From: Solirubrobacterales bacterium
GTDB lineage: Bacteria; Actinomycetota; Thermoleophilia; Solirubrobacterales; 70-9
Reading direction: 5' to 3'
Assembly: GCA_036376915.1 (NCBI GenBank)
Contig: DASUZK010000059.1
Span: 43,249 to 107,248, forward strand
Length of the DNA: 64,000 nt
Part shown: positions 33,460 to 42,377 of the stretch, one piece after another
Layout of the letters: each line of letters starts with the position of its first letter
How positions within the stretch are numbered: the first letter of the stretch is position 1
The notes under the pieces: generated by a model
The model's database searches: none
What the model was told of the DNA's origin: nothing
The model's input: the letters and a program-made list of their open reading frames with translations, nothing else
Made by a program: the position numbers and the translations under genes

Positions 33460-34947
33460 TCAGCGCAGCAGCTCGATGTCGCTGATCTCGACCTGGTAGC
33501 GACCGGCCTGGTCGCGGGCTTCTGAGGCCCTGTTGAACCAGAGCAGGAAGTAGCGCGAAGGCGCGGGGACGGTGAGGTCGATCTCCTCGACCGAGGAGGC
33601 GTCGATCGCGATGCCCACCGGTTCGCCCCATTCGGACACTTCGCCCGGCGGCCCGCTGGCCGCGGCGAAGACCTGTGCGTCCCAGCCGGGGGTCGGGGTG
33701 CGGACGATCATCTTCCTGGGCCTGGCGAGCGAGCTCGCCGTCACGTAGACGCCGACCCCTTCGTTGGGGCCGGTCTTGGTCCCGGCGAAGTCGTCGGAGT
33801 CGTAGTGCTCGGTTTCCCACGCCGTCCCGGTCGGGTCGCCGTCGACGGCGAGCGCGATCTTGCTGCCGACCTCTTCTTCGTCCCCCTGCGGGTCGTAGTC
33901 GGTCGCCGAGCTGAGCGACACCGGCTGGCCTTTGCCCTCGTTGGCCCCGCCACCGCCGAGACCGCTGGAGATCAGCTGCACGGCGAGCAGCACGGCGCCG
34001 GCGACCAGCAGCAGCCCGGCGATCGCGGCCCAGCTCCAGCGCGCGCGCGTCGAGAGCTCGCGCTTCGGCGCCGGCACCGCCTCCAGGACGCTGGTCGCCT
34101 CACCCGTCGTCGACCCCGCCCGCGCCGCCTCGACCTCGAGCGCGGTCGAGAGGTCGTCGATCATCTCGCCGACGTCCTGGTAGCGCTGGCTCGGGTCCTT
34201 GGCGGTCGACCGCTCGACCACGAGCGCCACGGCGGCGGAGACCTCCGGCCTGCGCCGCTGCACGTCGGGCAGCTCCTCGTTGACGTGCTTCATCGCCACG
34301 CCGACCTGGCTCTCGGCCTGGAAGGGAACCTGCCCCACCAGCATCTCGTAGAGGACCACGCCGAGCGAGTAGACGTCGGAGCGGGGGTCGACCTTTCGTC
34401 CCATCGCCTGCTCGGGCGCGACGTAGTCGGTGGTGCCCAGCACCCGACCGGTCGCGGTCATCCCGTCCTGCTCGAGCTGTCGCGAGATGCCGAAGTCGGT
34501 CAGCTTCGCCCGTCCCTCGGCGTCGATCAGGACGTTCTGGGGCTTGATGTCGCGGTGGACCATGTTGCGCGCGTGCGCGACCGAGAGGCCGCGCGCCACC
34601 TCGATCGCGTAGGCGATCGCCTCCTGCGGCGCGAGGGCCCCGTCCCGGGCTATCCGCTGCTTCAGCGTCTCTCCCTCGACGTACTCGAAGACGATGTACG
34701 GGTGACCGCCGTCCTCGCCCGCGTCGATCACCGAGACCACGTTGGGATGGGAGAGCTTGGCGACGGAGCGCGCCTCCTGGCGGAAGCGCTCGAGCTGGTC
34801 AGCCTGCTCGGACATCTCGCGGTGCATCACCTTGACCGCGACCGGCCGGTCGAGGGTCTGATCGCGCGCCAGGTAGACGGTCGACATGCCGCCGCTGCCC
34901 AGCTTCGCCTCCAGCCGGTAGCGACCGGAGAGCACGGTCCCGATCAT
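33460..34947 (-). CDS. receptor-type Ser/Thr protein kinase (kinase + TM + about 170-aa extracytoplasmic domain)
   Basis: The internal ATG gives MIGTVLSGRYRLEAKLGSGGMSTVYLA. AVKVM, HRDIKPQN, DFGIS, APEQ, and TM WAAIAGLLLVAGAVLLAV. The C-terminal domain is unassigned. Confidence 0.88.
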   Translation of the reverse strand: MIGTVLSGRYRLEAKLGSGGMSTVYLARDQTLDRPVAVKVMHREMSEQADQLERFRQEARSVAKLSHPNVVSVIDAGEDGGHPYIVFEYVEGETLKQRIARDGALAPQEAIAYAIEVARGLSVAHARNMVHRDIKPQNVLIDAEGRAKLTDFGISRQLEQDGMTATGRVLGTTDYVAPEQAMGRKVDPRSDVYSLGVVLYEMLVGQVPFQAESQVGVAMKHVNEELPDVQRRRPEVSAAVALVVERSTAKDPSQRYQDVGEMIDDLSTALEVEAARAGSTTGEATSVLEAVPAPKRELSTRARWSWAAIAGLLLVAGAVLLAVQLISSGLGGGGANEGKGQPVSLSSATDYDPQGDEEEVGSKIALAVDGDPTGTAWETEHYDSDDFAGTKTGPNEGVGVYVTASSLARPRKMIVRTPTPGWDAQVFAAASGPPGEVSEWGEPVGIAIDASSVEEIDLTVPAPSRYFLLWFNRASEARDQAGRYQVEISDIELLR

Positions 34948-35048
34948 CGCGCTGCTTGTCGGTCGGGCTTCCACCAGGGTCACGCTATTGTCGCCGTCGT
35001 CACCGTTCGATGGTTCGCCGCCCTCCGCCTGCTGCCTGCAATCGGGCC

Positions 35049-38000
35049 TCAGTCGGCGGCGTCTTCGGAGGGCGCCTCGAGGAAAGCGGTTCGCAGCCGC
35101 TCGAGCGGGGCGGACCGGGCGTCCCCCGAGGCCAAGAGCCCATCGATGCGGGCCAGGTACTCGTACCGCTTTCCAGACGGCAGAAGCCGGCGGCAGCGCT
35201 CGATCGCCTGATCGGCCTCCTGCGTCTGCCCGGCCGCCGCCGCCGCGAGCGCGTGATGGAACTGGATGTCCGGATCGTCGCTGTAAGAACCCGAACACAG
35301 CCTCGCAATCGCCAGCGTCCGCGGGTCTTCCGCGGCCTCCAGGCACTCGCTGTCAGCCGCGAACGGCTCCACCCCTTCGACTTCTGCGATCGCTCGGGCT
35401 GAGCCGTACATCCTGGCGAGGTCCAGCAGCGCGACACGGGCCAGGAGGGCCGGGAGTTCGGGAGCCAGTAGTGCGGCCTCATGCAAGGCGCTTACAACGT
35501 GTGGGGCGAGGAGCTCGTCGGAGTTCTCTTCCAGGTAATCGAAGGACTCCTCTCCCCCGAGCGCAATCCACTCCATGAGTGGATTGCGCTCGGGCTGGGC
35601 ACTCTCCTCCTCAGCTCGTTTGTAGAGAATGGTCCAGCCCTCGTCGCCGGCGGCCGGACTGGCCAGCCAATCCGGCAGCTTCCGGCCGATGTCGCGCTCC
35701 CAGATCGAATCGAACGCAGCCTCGTCGGACGAGCGCAGGCGACCCAGGAAGGCGCGAGCGTCGGAAGAGAGCTCGTCCCCTCGCACCCCGCGCGCCCCGT
35801 CCAGGGCGAGCACCCCGTCCGCGACGGCCCCGGCCAGGTCACCCTCGTCGGAGTGCCATTGCGCCCGGCTCAGCAGGATGAACCCGACCGCGTCTTGCTG
35901 CCGATTTTCCTCCAGCGCCTCCTCGATCGCCTCCAGCGCCTCCTCGCTGCGGTTCAGGTTGCGGAGGATCGTGGAGAGGTTTTCGAGCGACATCGCGAGC
36001 TCCGACAGCCAGCGCTCCGGATCGTCTGCCGCCAAGCTACCGAAGCACTCCAGCGCCTCCTCGATCACCCTCAGCGCCTCCTCCATCCGTCGATTCCGCC
36101 CAAGCAGTGTCGCCAGGTTGTTGAGCGAGGCGGCCAGGGCCGGCAGGTAGTGCTCTCCGGCTTCGTCGAGCAGCCCCCGCTGCAGCTTCACCGCCTCCTC
36201 GATCGCCTCCAGCGCCTCCGTCTCGTCGCCGAGTATTCCTATGACGTTCGAGAGGTCGTTTAGGGCTATCGACAGCTCTGCCGCATGACGCTTCGGATCG
36301 AGCTCGAACAGCTCTCGACACCAATCGACGGCCTCCCGGACGAGGGGCAGCGCCTCCTCCCTCCATCTGCGCGGCGGAAGGACTCCCGCCAGGTTGCGCA
36401 GCGAGCCGGCGAGCTCCGGCAGCCAGCGCTCCGGATCGTCATCCGCGAACTCCCGATAGCCCTCTACCGCCTCCTCGATCGCCTCCAGCGCTTCCTCTCC
36501 TCTCCCCAGGTTGCCGAGGACGTTCGAGAGGGTGACGAGCCCACCGCTGAGCGAGGGCAGATAGCGATCGCGGTCATGTGCCACCAAGCTCCGATAGCCC
36601 TCTACCGCCGCCTCTACCGCCTCTACCGCCTCCTCGCTCCGCCACATGTCATTGAAGAGCCCGGCCAGGTTGTTGCGGGAGTTGGCGAGCGCATGCTGGT
36701 GTTCAAGTTCGTCCCCTATCGCCAGTTCGTCCCCCATCGCCAACACCTTCCGGATTTCCACCGCCTCCTCGCCCGCTTCCACCGCCTCCTCCCCGCGGTT
36801 GCTGTGGGCGAGGGCGATGGAGAAGCCAGCCAGCAGGCCAGCGAATTCACTCGGGGAAGCGGGCTTCTCGACCTCCCTCCGGAGCGTCTCGATGGCCACC
36901 CGGTAGAGGGCTGCCGCCAGGCCGGCCATCGCCGGCCCGGCTTCGCCGGCGCGCCGTGCGGCCTCCACGACTTTTGCTCTCGGCCGGGAGGCGAGGACGG
37001 CGAGCTCGACCGACGCCGCCAGCTCCGGCTCGGAGGTCGAGTGGATGGCCTGCCGGACGAGGCCCGGCAGGCGCTCGCCTAGTGCCCGGCCGACCTGCTC
37101 GGCCAGCGGATCGCTTCCCGTGCAGGCGCGGGCCAGGGTGTTCAGCGCCCGCGCCAGCTGGGCCTCGGACGCTGTGTCCAGTGCGGCCTCGATGAGCTCC
37201 GGGCGCTTCGTGCACTCTCGCCCGACGAGTGCCTCCCCGAGCATGTCCGGCTCGACCGGCGAGATCGCCGGCGCCCGATCCAGCTGCCCGCTGGCGTAAA
37301 GGTGGCTGAGCCAGCGCGCGACTTCCAGCTTTCGCTCCGGCACCGCCTCCTCCAGGTGGGGTATCGCACCCACGAGTGAGAGCGCTTCCTCCTCGGTGTC
37401 GGCCCCCAGCATCGTCGCCACAGCCGCGGCTGGCGCGTGCAGCGATCGATCCAGCTCAGTGCCCAGACTTCTGTCCCAGCGTTGCCAGTACTGTGCCTCG
37501 TGGCGATCGATCAGCTCGAGCATCACCTCGTCGCGGCCCAGCGTGTCTATGTCGATTGTCGGATCCTCGGCGCAGAGCAGCGCTGCCGCGAGGACGAAGA
37601 GGGGTCGGTCGAAGTGCGCTTGCTCCAGTGACACCCGCGGCACAGCCGCGGCCTCGGTGCCCAGCTGCGCGCGGAAGGCGACGACCCCCGCCTCGAACAG
37701 GCGCCGGCTGTCGAGCCGGTGCTCGGGGTCGCCGAGCCCGACCTCCTCGGCCTGCCTCAGGACCGCGGCGATCGCCTCTCGGTCGTCTCCGCTCGCAAAC
37801 AGCTCCTCCAGCTCTCGCCTCGTGCCGGCCTGGCGGCAGACGAGCACCAGCCGCACGGCCGCGCCACTCGCCCGATATGCGAGCTGCCCGATCAGAGAGC
37901 CGACCGCCTCGGGCCGGGTCTCGGCGTAATCGATCGCCACGAGCAAGCGGCCCGGCCACTCCACGAGTCGCTCGAGCTTTGCGCCCACGTCTGTCACCGC

Positions 38001-38969
38001 GTCCAGCGTGAGAAGGCCTGCCGTCCATCCCGCCCGCTCCGCCCGCCCGCACTCCTCGAGCGCCAGGCGGGTCTTGCCCGACCCACCACTGCCGGTGACC
38101 AAGAGGACATCCAGTCGCTTGGGTGACTCTCTCCAGTGCATGAACTGCGCTTGGAGCTCCTCGCGCTCGATCAGCTCGACGGCGCTGTAGCGTGGCTTGA
38201 GCAGCTCGCTCGGCGCGTACTCGGCCTTGGGATCCAGCTCGTAGGGGGGAGGCAGGATGGGCAGCTTCCTGGCCTCTCCCCGCCGCGTCGCGGCCGCCGC
38301 GCGTTCGCCCTCGACGGCGTCGTCCCAGGTTCCGTTCGTGTGTGCGGCTTCGCTGCGTTCGATTAGCCCCTGGAACTCGTCCACTACCACCGACATCGGA
38401 ACGGCGAACGCTCTGGGGTCGTGCTCCTCGCGCGTGCTCTCGATGACGCCGCAGACGAGGCCGGTGCGCATGTTCAGCAGGGGACTGCCGCTAAACCCGG
38501 GCACCACCTGGCCGTCCCTCAGCTTGAAGACGCCGAGGTCCCCGAAGACGCCCTCGAACTCGACCCTCGTCCCGTGAGACTCGACTACCCCGGGTCGGTG
38601 CATGCCTCGGCTGAAGGCCGACAGCCTGAGGCGATCGGCTTCGTCGCCGGCTGCTGGTACTTCAACCCCGAGCCGGACGCTCTGGTGCCCGTCGGGCGGC
38701 TCCCCCACTCGCAGCAGGGCGATGTCGGGAAAGGCGAAACCCTCCAACGGGGAATCCCCCTCGAGCTGGGGAGCGGAGGCAACGATCTCGGCCGGGGACG
38801 TCCAACCTCCCCTCGAAACCGTAATCGGCTTCCCGCCGTCGACCACGTGGGCGCAAGTGAGAATCTCCCCCTGGGCTACGAAGAACCCGGTCCCACTGAA
38901 CTCGCCGCCGCGGTCGATTCGAACCACGCACTCGTCCAGCAGGGATATGAGCGGGTTTCCCTCCGCCAC
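35049..38969 (-). CDS. trypsin-like serine protease + STAND-type P-loop NTPase + TPR-repeat protein (1306 aa)
   Basis: Triad H41 (LTCAHVV), D82 (FPDIALLRV), S161 (PGFSGSPLL). Walker A GSGGSGKT (293-300), Walker B RLLVAIDYAE (341-350). About 7-8 TPR-like repeats across aa 700-1035 (...EEALEAIEEAV.GYR...). Helical C-terminal region of about 270 aa. GTG start. Confidence 0.85.
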   Translation of the reverse strand: MAEGNPLISLLDECVVRIDRGGEFSGTGFFVAQGEILTCAHVVDGGKPITVSRGGWTSPAEIVASAPQLEGDSPLEGFAFPDIALLRVGEPPDGHQSVRLGVEVPAAGDEADRLRLSAFSRGMHRPGVVESHGTRVEFEGVFGDLGVFKLRDGQVVPGFSGSPLLNMRTGLVCGVIESTREEHDPRAFAVPMSVVVDEFQGLIERSEAAHTNGTWDDAVEGERAAAATRRGEARKLPILPPPYELDPKAEYAPSELLKPRYSAVELIEREELQAQFMHWRESPKRLDVLLVTGSGGSGKTRLALEECGRAERAGWTAGLLTLDAVTDVGAKLERLVEWPGRLLVAIDYAETRPEAVGSLIGQLAYRASGAAVRLVLVCRQAGTRRELEELFASGDDREAIAAVLRQAEEVGLGDPEHRLDSRRLFEAGVVAFRAQLGTEAAAVPRVSLEQAHFDRPLFVLAAALLCAEDPTIDIDTLGRDEVMLELIDRHEAQYWQRWDRSLGTELDRSLHAPAAAVATMLGADTEEEALSLVGAIPHLEEAVPERKLEVARWLSHLYASGQLDRAPAISPVEPDMLGEALVGRECTKRPELIEAALDTASEAQLARALNTLARACTGSDPLAEQVGRALGERLPGLVRQAIHSTSEPELAASVELAVLASRPRAKVVEAARRAGEAGPAMAGLAAALYRVAIETLRREVEKPASPSEFAGLLAGFSIALAHSNRGEEAVEAGEEAVEIRKVLAMGDELAIGDELEHQHALANSRNNLAGLFNDMWRSEEAVEAVEAAVEGYRSLVAHDRDRYLPSLSGGLVTLSNVLGNLGRGEEALEAIEEAVEGYREFADDDPERWLPELAGSLRNLAGVLPPRRWREEALPLVREAVDWCRELFELDPKRHAAELSIALNDLSNVIGILGDETEALEAIEEAVKLQRGLLDEAGEHYLPALAASLNNLATLLGRNRRMEEALRVIEEALECFGSLAADDPERWLSELAMSLENLSTILRNLNRSEEALEAIEEALEENRQQDAVGFILLSRAQWHSDEGDLAGAVADGVLALDGARGVRGDELSSDARAFLGRLRSSDEAAFDSIWERDIGRKLPDWLASPAAGDEGWTILYKRAEEESAQPERNPLMEWIALGGEESFDYLEENSDELLAPHVVSALHEAALLAPELPALLARVALLDLARMYGSARAIAEVEGVEPFAADSECLEAAEDPRTLAIARLCSGSYSDDPDIQFHHALAAAAAGQTQEADQAIERCRRLLPSGKRYEYLARIDGLLASGDARSAPLERLRTAFLEAPSEDAAD

Positions 38970-38978
38970 CGAGTTCGC

Positions 38979-39290
38979 CTAACGCTCGTTGGCCCACTCG
39001 AGCGTCACGACGAGCGAACCCCTTCCTTCCCCCTCGACCAAGAGGCCGCTCAGCTTCCCGTTCTTGACCGCAAGCTCCATGCCGAACTCGACGGTGGTCC
39101 TGTTGGGTTCGACCTTGGCCAAGGCTGCGTGGATCGCCTTGGCCACGCCCTGGAGCGTCTCGCCCACCCCGTCGAAATCGAGCTTGCCCATCGCACCGAC
39201 CTTCTTGGCTCCCTCCTCGTCCACCGCCGCTACCCGCGCCAGCGCGGTGGAGCCGTTGGGAAGGGACACCTCGACTATCTGCTCTTGCAC
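38979..39290 (-). CDS. small Trypco1-like (trypsin-co-occurring domain) protein, 103 aa
   Basis: GTG 39290 is preceded by AGGAGA with a 6-nt spacer. VQEQIVEVSLPNGSTALARV...TTVEFGMELAVKNGKLSGLLVEGEGRGSLVVTLEW matches the family pattern as I recall it. It ends 9 nt before the protease-NTPase gene. Confidence 0.65.
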   Translation of the reverse strand: MQEQIVEVSLPNGSTALARVAAVDEEGAKKVGAMGKLDFDGVGETLQGVAKAIHAALAKVEPNRTTVEFGMELAVKNGKLSGLLVEGEGRGSLVVTLEWANER

Positions 39291-39355
39291 CTTTGGTCTC
39301 CTGTGGTCCGCGGCATTCGATTGCAATGTAGTAACGACTCAGATGCGTTTGACCT

Positions 39356-40348
39356 TTAACCCTTCTCGCTCACCTGGCCGATCCGGTCTGCGTTCGGATA
39401 CCACTGACGCAACTGCTCGAGTGCTGCTGCATCGTCGCCGGCGGCGACGATGCAGCAGAAGCCGCAGCCCATGTTGAAGACCTCGTGCATCTCCCCGTCG
39501 GCAGTGCCCGAGCGCTCGGCAATCAGTTCGAAGATCGGTGGCACGGGGAGCGGCGCGTCGATCTCGTAGCCGACCTCGGCTGCGAGGCGGAGCAGGTTGC
39601 CGAGGCCGCCGGAGGTGATGTGGGCGAGGCCGCGCACCTCTACCTCCGAGCGCAGCAGCTCGAGGACCGGCTTGACGTAGATCTCGGTCGGCTCGAGCAG
39701 GACCTCGCCGAGGGGCCTGCCGAGGCGGCCTTCGGGATCCTCGTCCAGGGGAAGGCCGTCCAGAGCCGAGCGAGCGAGCGTGTAGCCGTTTGAGTGGATG
39801 CCGGAGGAGGGCAGGCCGATCACCGCGTCGCCCGGCCGTACGGCCGACCCGTCGACGATCTCGTCGAGGCCGACGGTGCCGAAGCAGGCGCCGGCGACGT
39901 CGAAGCCGCGCACCATGTCGCCGAGCTGTGCCAGCTCTCCGCCCGGGATCTCGATCCCGGCCAGCTCGGCCCCGCGGGCGAGGCCGACGCCGATCTGCTC
40001 GCAGACCTCGGGGTCGGCGCGGTCGATCGCGACGTAGTCGAGCATCGCCAGCGGCTCGGCGCCGACGCAGATCACGTCGTTGACGTTCATCGCCACGCAG
40101 TCGATGCCGACGGTGTCGAAGCGGCCGAGCTGCTCGGCAACCAGCAGCTTCGTCCCAACGCCGTCGGTGGAGAGCGCGATGCCCGTCCGCTCGTCGAGCT
40201 TGATCACGCTCGCGTAGTGGCCCGGCAGCGGCACCTGGCGGGAGGGGCGTCCCAGCTGGATCGCCCCGAGCGCCTTGACCAGCCCGGCGACGGCGGCGTC
40301 GGCTGCCCCCTGGTCGACCCCCGCCCTCGCGTACGCGTCGCCGCTCAT
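39356..40348 (-). CDS. purM: phosphoribosylformylglycinamidine cyclo-ligase (AIR synthase)
   Basis: YARAGVD, STDGVGTKLLVA, GIDCVAMNVNDVICVGAEPL, SSGIHSNGYTL, HITSGGL, FNMGCGF. Confidence 0.85.
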   Translation of the reverse strand: MSGDAYARAGVDQGAADAAVAGLVKALGAIQLGRPSRQVPLPGHYASVIKLDERTGIALSTDGVGTKLLVAEQLGRFDTVGIDCVAMNVNDVICVGAEPLAMLDYVAIDRADPEVCEQIGVGLARGAELAGIEIPGGELAQLGDMVRGFDVAGACFGTVGLDEIVDGSAVRPGDAVIGLPSSGIHSNGYTLARSALDGLPLDEDPEGRLGRPLGEVLLEPTEIYVKPVLELLRSEVEVRGLAHITSGGLGNLLRLAAEVGYEIDAPLPVPPIFELIAERSGTADGEMHEVFNMGCGFCCIVAAGDDAAALEQLRQWYPNADRIGQVSEKG

Positions 40349-40377
40349 GCAGCGATTCTTTCAGCCCGGCCTGCCGC

Positions 40378-40740
40378 TCAGCTGCCCTGCGGCGCGTAGC
40401 GGTTGTGAAGCATCAGGTCGTTGCCGTCGGGATCGGTGAAGAAGGCCATGTGGCAGACCCCGGTGTCCATGATCTCGCCGGCGAACTCCACCCCCTTGGC
40501 CTCGAGCTCCGTTCGCGCCGCAGCGACGTCGTCCACGTGCAGCGCCGGGTGCGCGTTCTTCTGCGCCGCGAACTCCATCCCGAATTTCTCCGGCTCCCAG
40601 ATGCCGAAGCACGTCTCCCCGGCCCAGAACTCGAAGCGTGAGTTCGCGTCCGGGCGCAACCCGAGCGTCTCGACGTAAAACCCCCGCGAGCGCTCGGCGT
40701 CCTGCGAGGGGATTCCTATGAAGTCTGCCTTGGTGATCAT
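40378..40740 (-). CDS. VOC/glyoxalase-family protein
   Basis: ATG 40740 is preceded by GGAGGA. GFYVETLGL...HPALHVDD...MAFFTDPDGNDLML. Confidence 0.8.
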   Translation of the reverse strand: MITKADFIGIPSQDAERSRGFYVETLGLRPDANSRFEFWAGETCFGIWEPEKFGMEFAAQKNAHPALHVDDVAAARTELEAKGVEFAGEIMDTGVCHMAFFTDPDGNDLMLHNRYAPQGS

Positions 40741-40818
40741 CGGTCCTCCAGGTGTCGTGGGAAACGCCAAGCTAACTCCAAATCAACTCCAAGTTCGTCC
40801 AAATTTTGGAATTAGCTG

Positions 40819-41628
40819 CTAACGACGCAATTTCGAGAGCACCACAGCCGCGAGCCCCAGTCGGTACGCCGCATAGGGCCACAGCGCCCGGTCGCGCTCG
40901 ACCAGCTTGATCAGGCGCTGGGAGGCGAGGGTGGAGGCGAAGGAGGCGGCGACGCCGATCGCCATCGACCGGCGCAACGCGGGTGAGGCACCGCGACGGC
41001 GCAGGCGAACGCCCTTCAGCAGGGTGGCCCCGACGATGATCGGCAGCGCGATCGTGCGCGAGAGCAGGTTTGCCTGGTCGCGGGAGAAATGACGCCAGCG
41101 CGCAGCCGCCAGCGTGATGCCGTTGCGCGAGACGCCGGGCGCGAGCGCCGCGGTCTGCGCCACGCCGAGGGCGAGCCCGTCGGCGGCTCCCGCCTCGCCC
41201 CGCCCGCGCAGCTGGGGCCGCGCGTCCCCCGCGATCATCGCCACCGCCCCGACGAGCAGCCCTATCGCGGTCGCGCAAGGCCCGCCGAGGTGGCGCTCGA
41301 TCGGCCGCTCGAGCTTGTAGCCAACAGCTGCGGCAGGGAGGAAGGAGAGCGCCAGCACGGTCGCCCCGCGCAGGTCGAACTCGCGCAGCTCTTCGGCGAT
41401 CAGCCGGCGCTGGCCGATCAGCAGCGCCGCCGCGGCCCCGGCGTGCAGCGCGACCTCGAAGCTCTTGCGCACCTCGGGGTCGATCGTCTCCCACTCCCAG
41501 TCGGCGAGCCAGGGCACGAGCACGATGTGCGCCGAGCTGGAGACGGGAAGCAGCTCGGCCGGGCCTTGGACCAGGCCGAGCGCGAGGGCGCGGCGGTCGG
41601 GAATGCTGTCCTCGGCGGGACCGCTCAA
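40819..41628 (-). CDS. uppP: undecaprenyl-diphosphate phosphatase
   Basis: LVQGPAELLPVSSSAH, GVSRNGITL, 8-TM profile. The TTG start forms a TTGA overlap with the dedA stop. Confidence 0.85.
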   Translation of the reverse strand: MSGPAEDSIPDRRALALGLVQGPAELLPVSSSAHIVLVPWLADWEWETIDPEVRKSFEVALHAGAAAALLIGQRRLIAEELREFDLRGATVLALSFLPAAAVGYKLERPIERHLGGPCATAIGLLVGAVAMIAGDARPQLRGRGEAGAADGLALGVAQTAALAPGVSRNGITLAAARWRHFSRDQANLLSRTIALPIIVGATLLKGVRLRRRGASPALRRSMAIGVAASFASTLASQRLIKLVERDRALWPYAAYRLGLAAVVLSKLRR

Positions 41629-42320
41629 GCTCCGCGCGAGCCCGCCGGCTCCGGCTCCGGCTCCGGCGCCGCGACGGGCTCCTCGTCGCTCTTGCCACCA
41701 CCACCCCGCCGCCTCAACAGCAGGTAGACGACGAGGGCTATCGCCGCGGCCAGCACCGCGTAGTCGAGGTAATGCAGATGGTCTCGCCACTCCTCCCAGT
41801 TGTCGCCGACGCTCTTGCCGATCAGGCTCAGCATCAGGACCCAGGGGATGCAGCCGAGCAGGGTAAGCACGGTGAAGCGCCAGAAGGGCATCTTCGCCAC
41901 CCCGGCCGGCAGCGAGATGAAGGTGCGGATGATCGGCAGCATGCGCGAGAAGAAGACGGTCGCGTCGCCGTAGCGCGCGAACCAGTCGTCCGCCCATTTC
42001 AGGTACTTCGGCGGCAGGTGGATCAGCTTGTTCTTCTCGAGCAGGTCGATCCGGCCGTAGTAACCCACCGCGTAAGCGGCCCAGGAGCCGACGAGGTTGC
42101 CGAGCACGCCCGCGGCGACGACCCCGAACATGGTCAGCTCGCCGGCGGCGACGCTGGAGCCGGCGAAGAGCATGATCGCCTCGCTCGGCACCGGCAGGCA
42201 GGCGGACTCCAGCGCCATCAGGATGAAGACCGCCGGCAGCCCGGTGCTGCTGATGAAGTCGGTCCCCGCGTTGACGATCGGGTCGAGGAAGAAGTCTGTG
42301 ACGCTGGCGAGCAGGAGCAT
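41625..42320 (-). CDS. DedA-family membrane protein
   Basis: ALESACLPVPSEAIMLFAG, SRMLPIIRTFISLPAG. Start is ATG 42320 or TTG 42359. Confidence 0.85.
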   Translation of the reverse strand: MLLLASVTDFFLDPIVNAGTDFISSTGLPAVFILMALESACLPVPSEAIMLFAGSSVAAGELTMFGVVAAGVLGNLVGSWAAYAVGYYGRIDLLEKNKLIHLPPKYLKWADDWFARYGDATVFFSRMLPIIRTFISLPAGVAKMPFWRFTVLTLLGCIPWVLMLSLIGKSVGDNWEEWRDHLHYLDYAVLAAAIALVVYLLLRRRGGGGKSDEEPVAAPEPEPEPAGSRGA

Positions 42321-42377
42321 GCGAGAAGCGGGGATTGTAGGGACGCGACCGAACAGCAACTAAACTGGCCCGGTTCC

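Noticed and set aside
35865-36872. Regularly spaced repeats that could superficially suggest a CRISPR-like or tandem-repeat array.
   Set aside because: The repeats are in frame within a long ORF and encode TPR-like helices. The spacing (276/414 nt) and the lack of short palindromic repeats are inconsistent with CRISPR.
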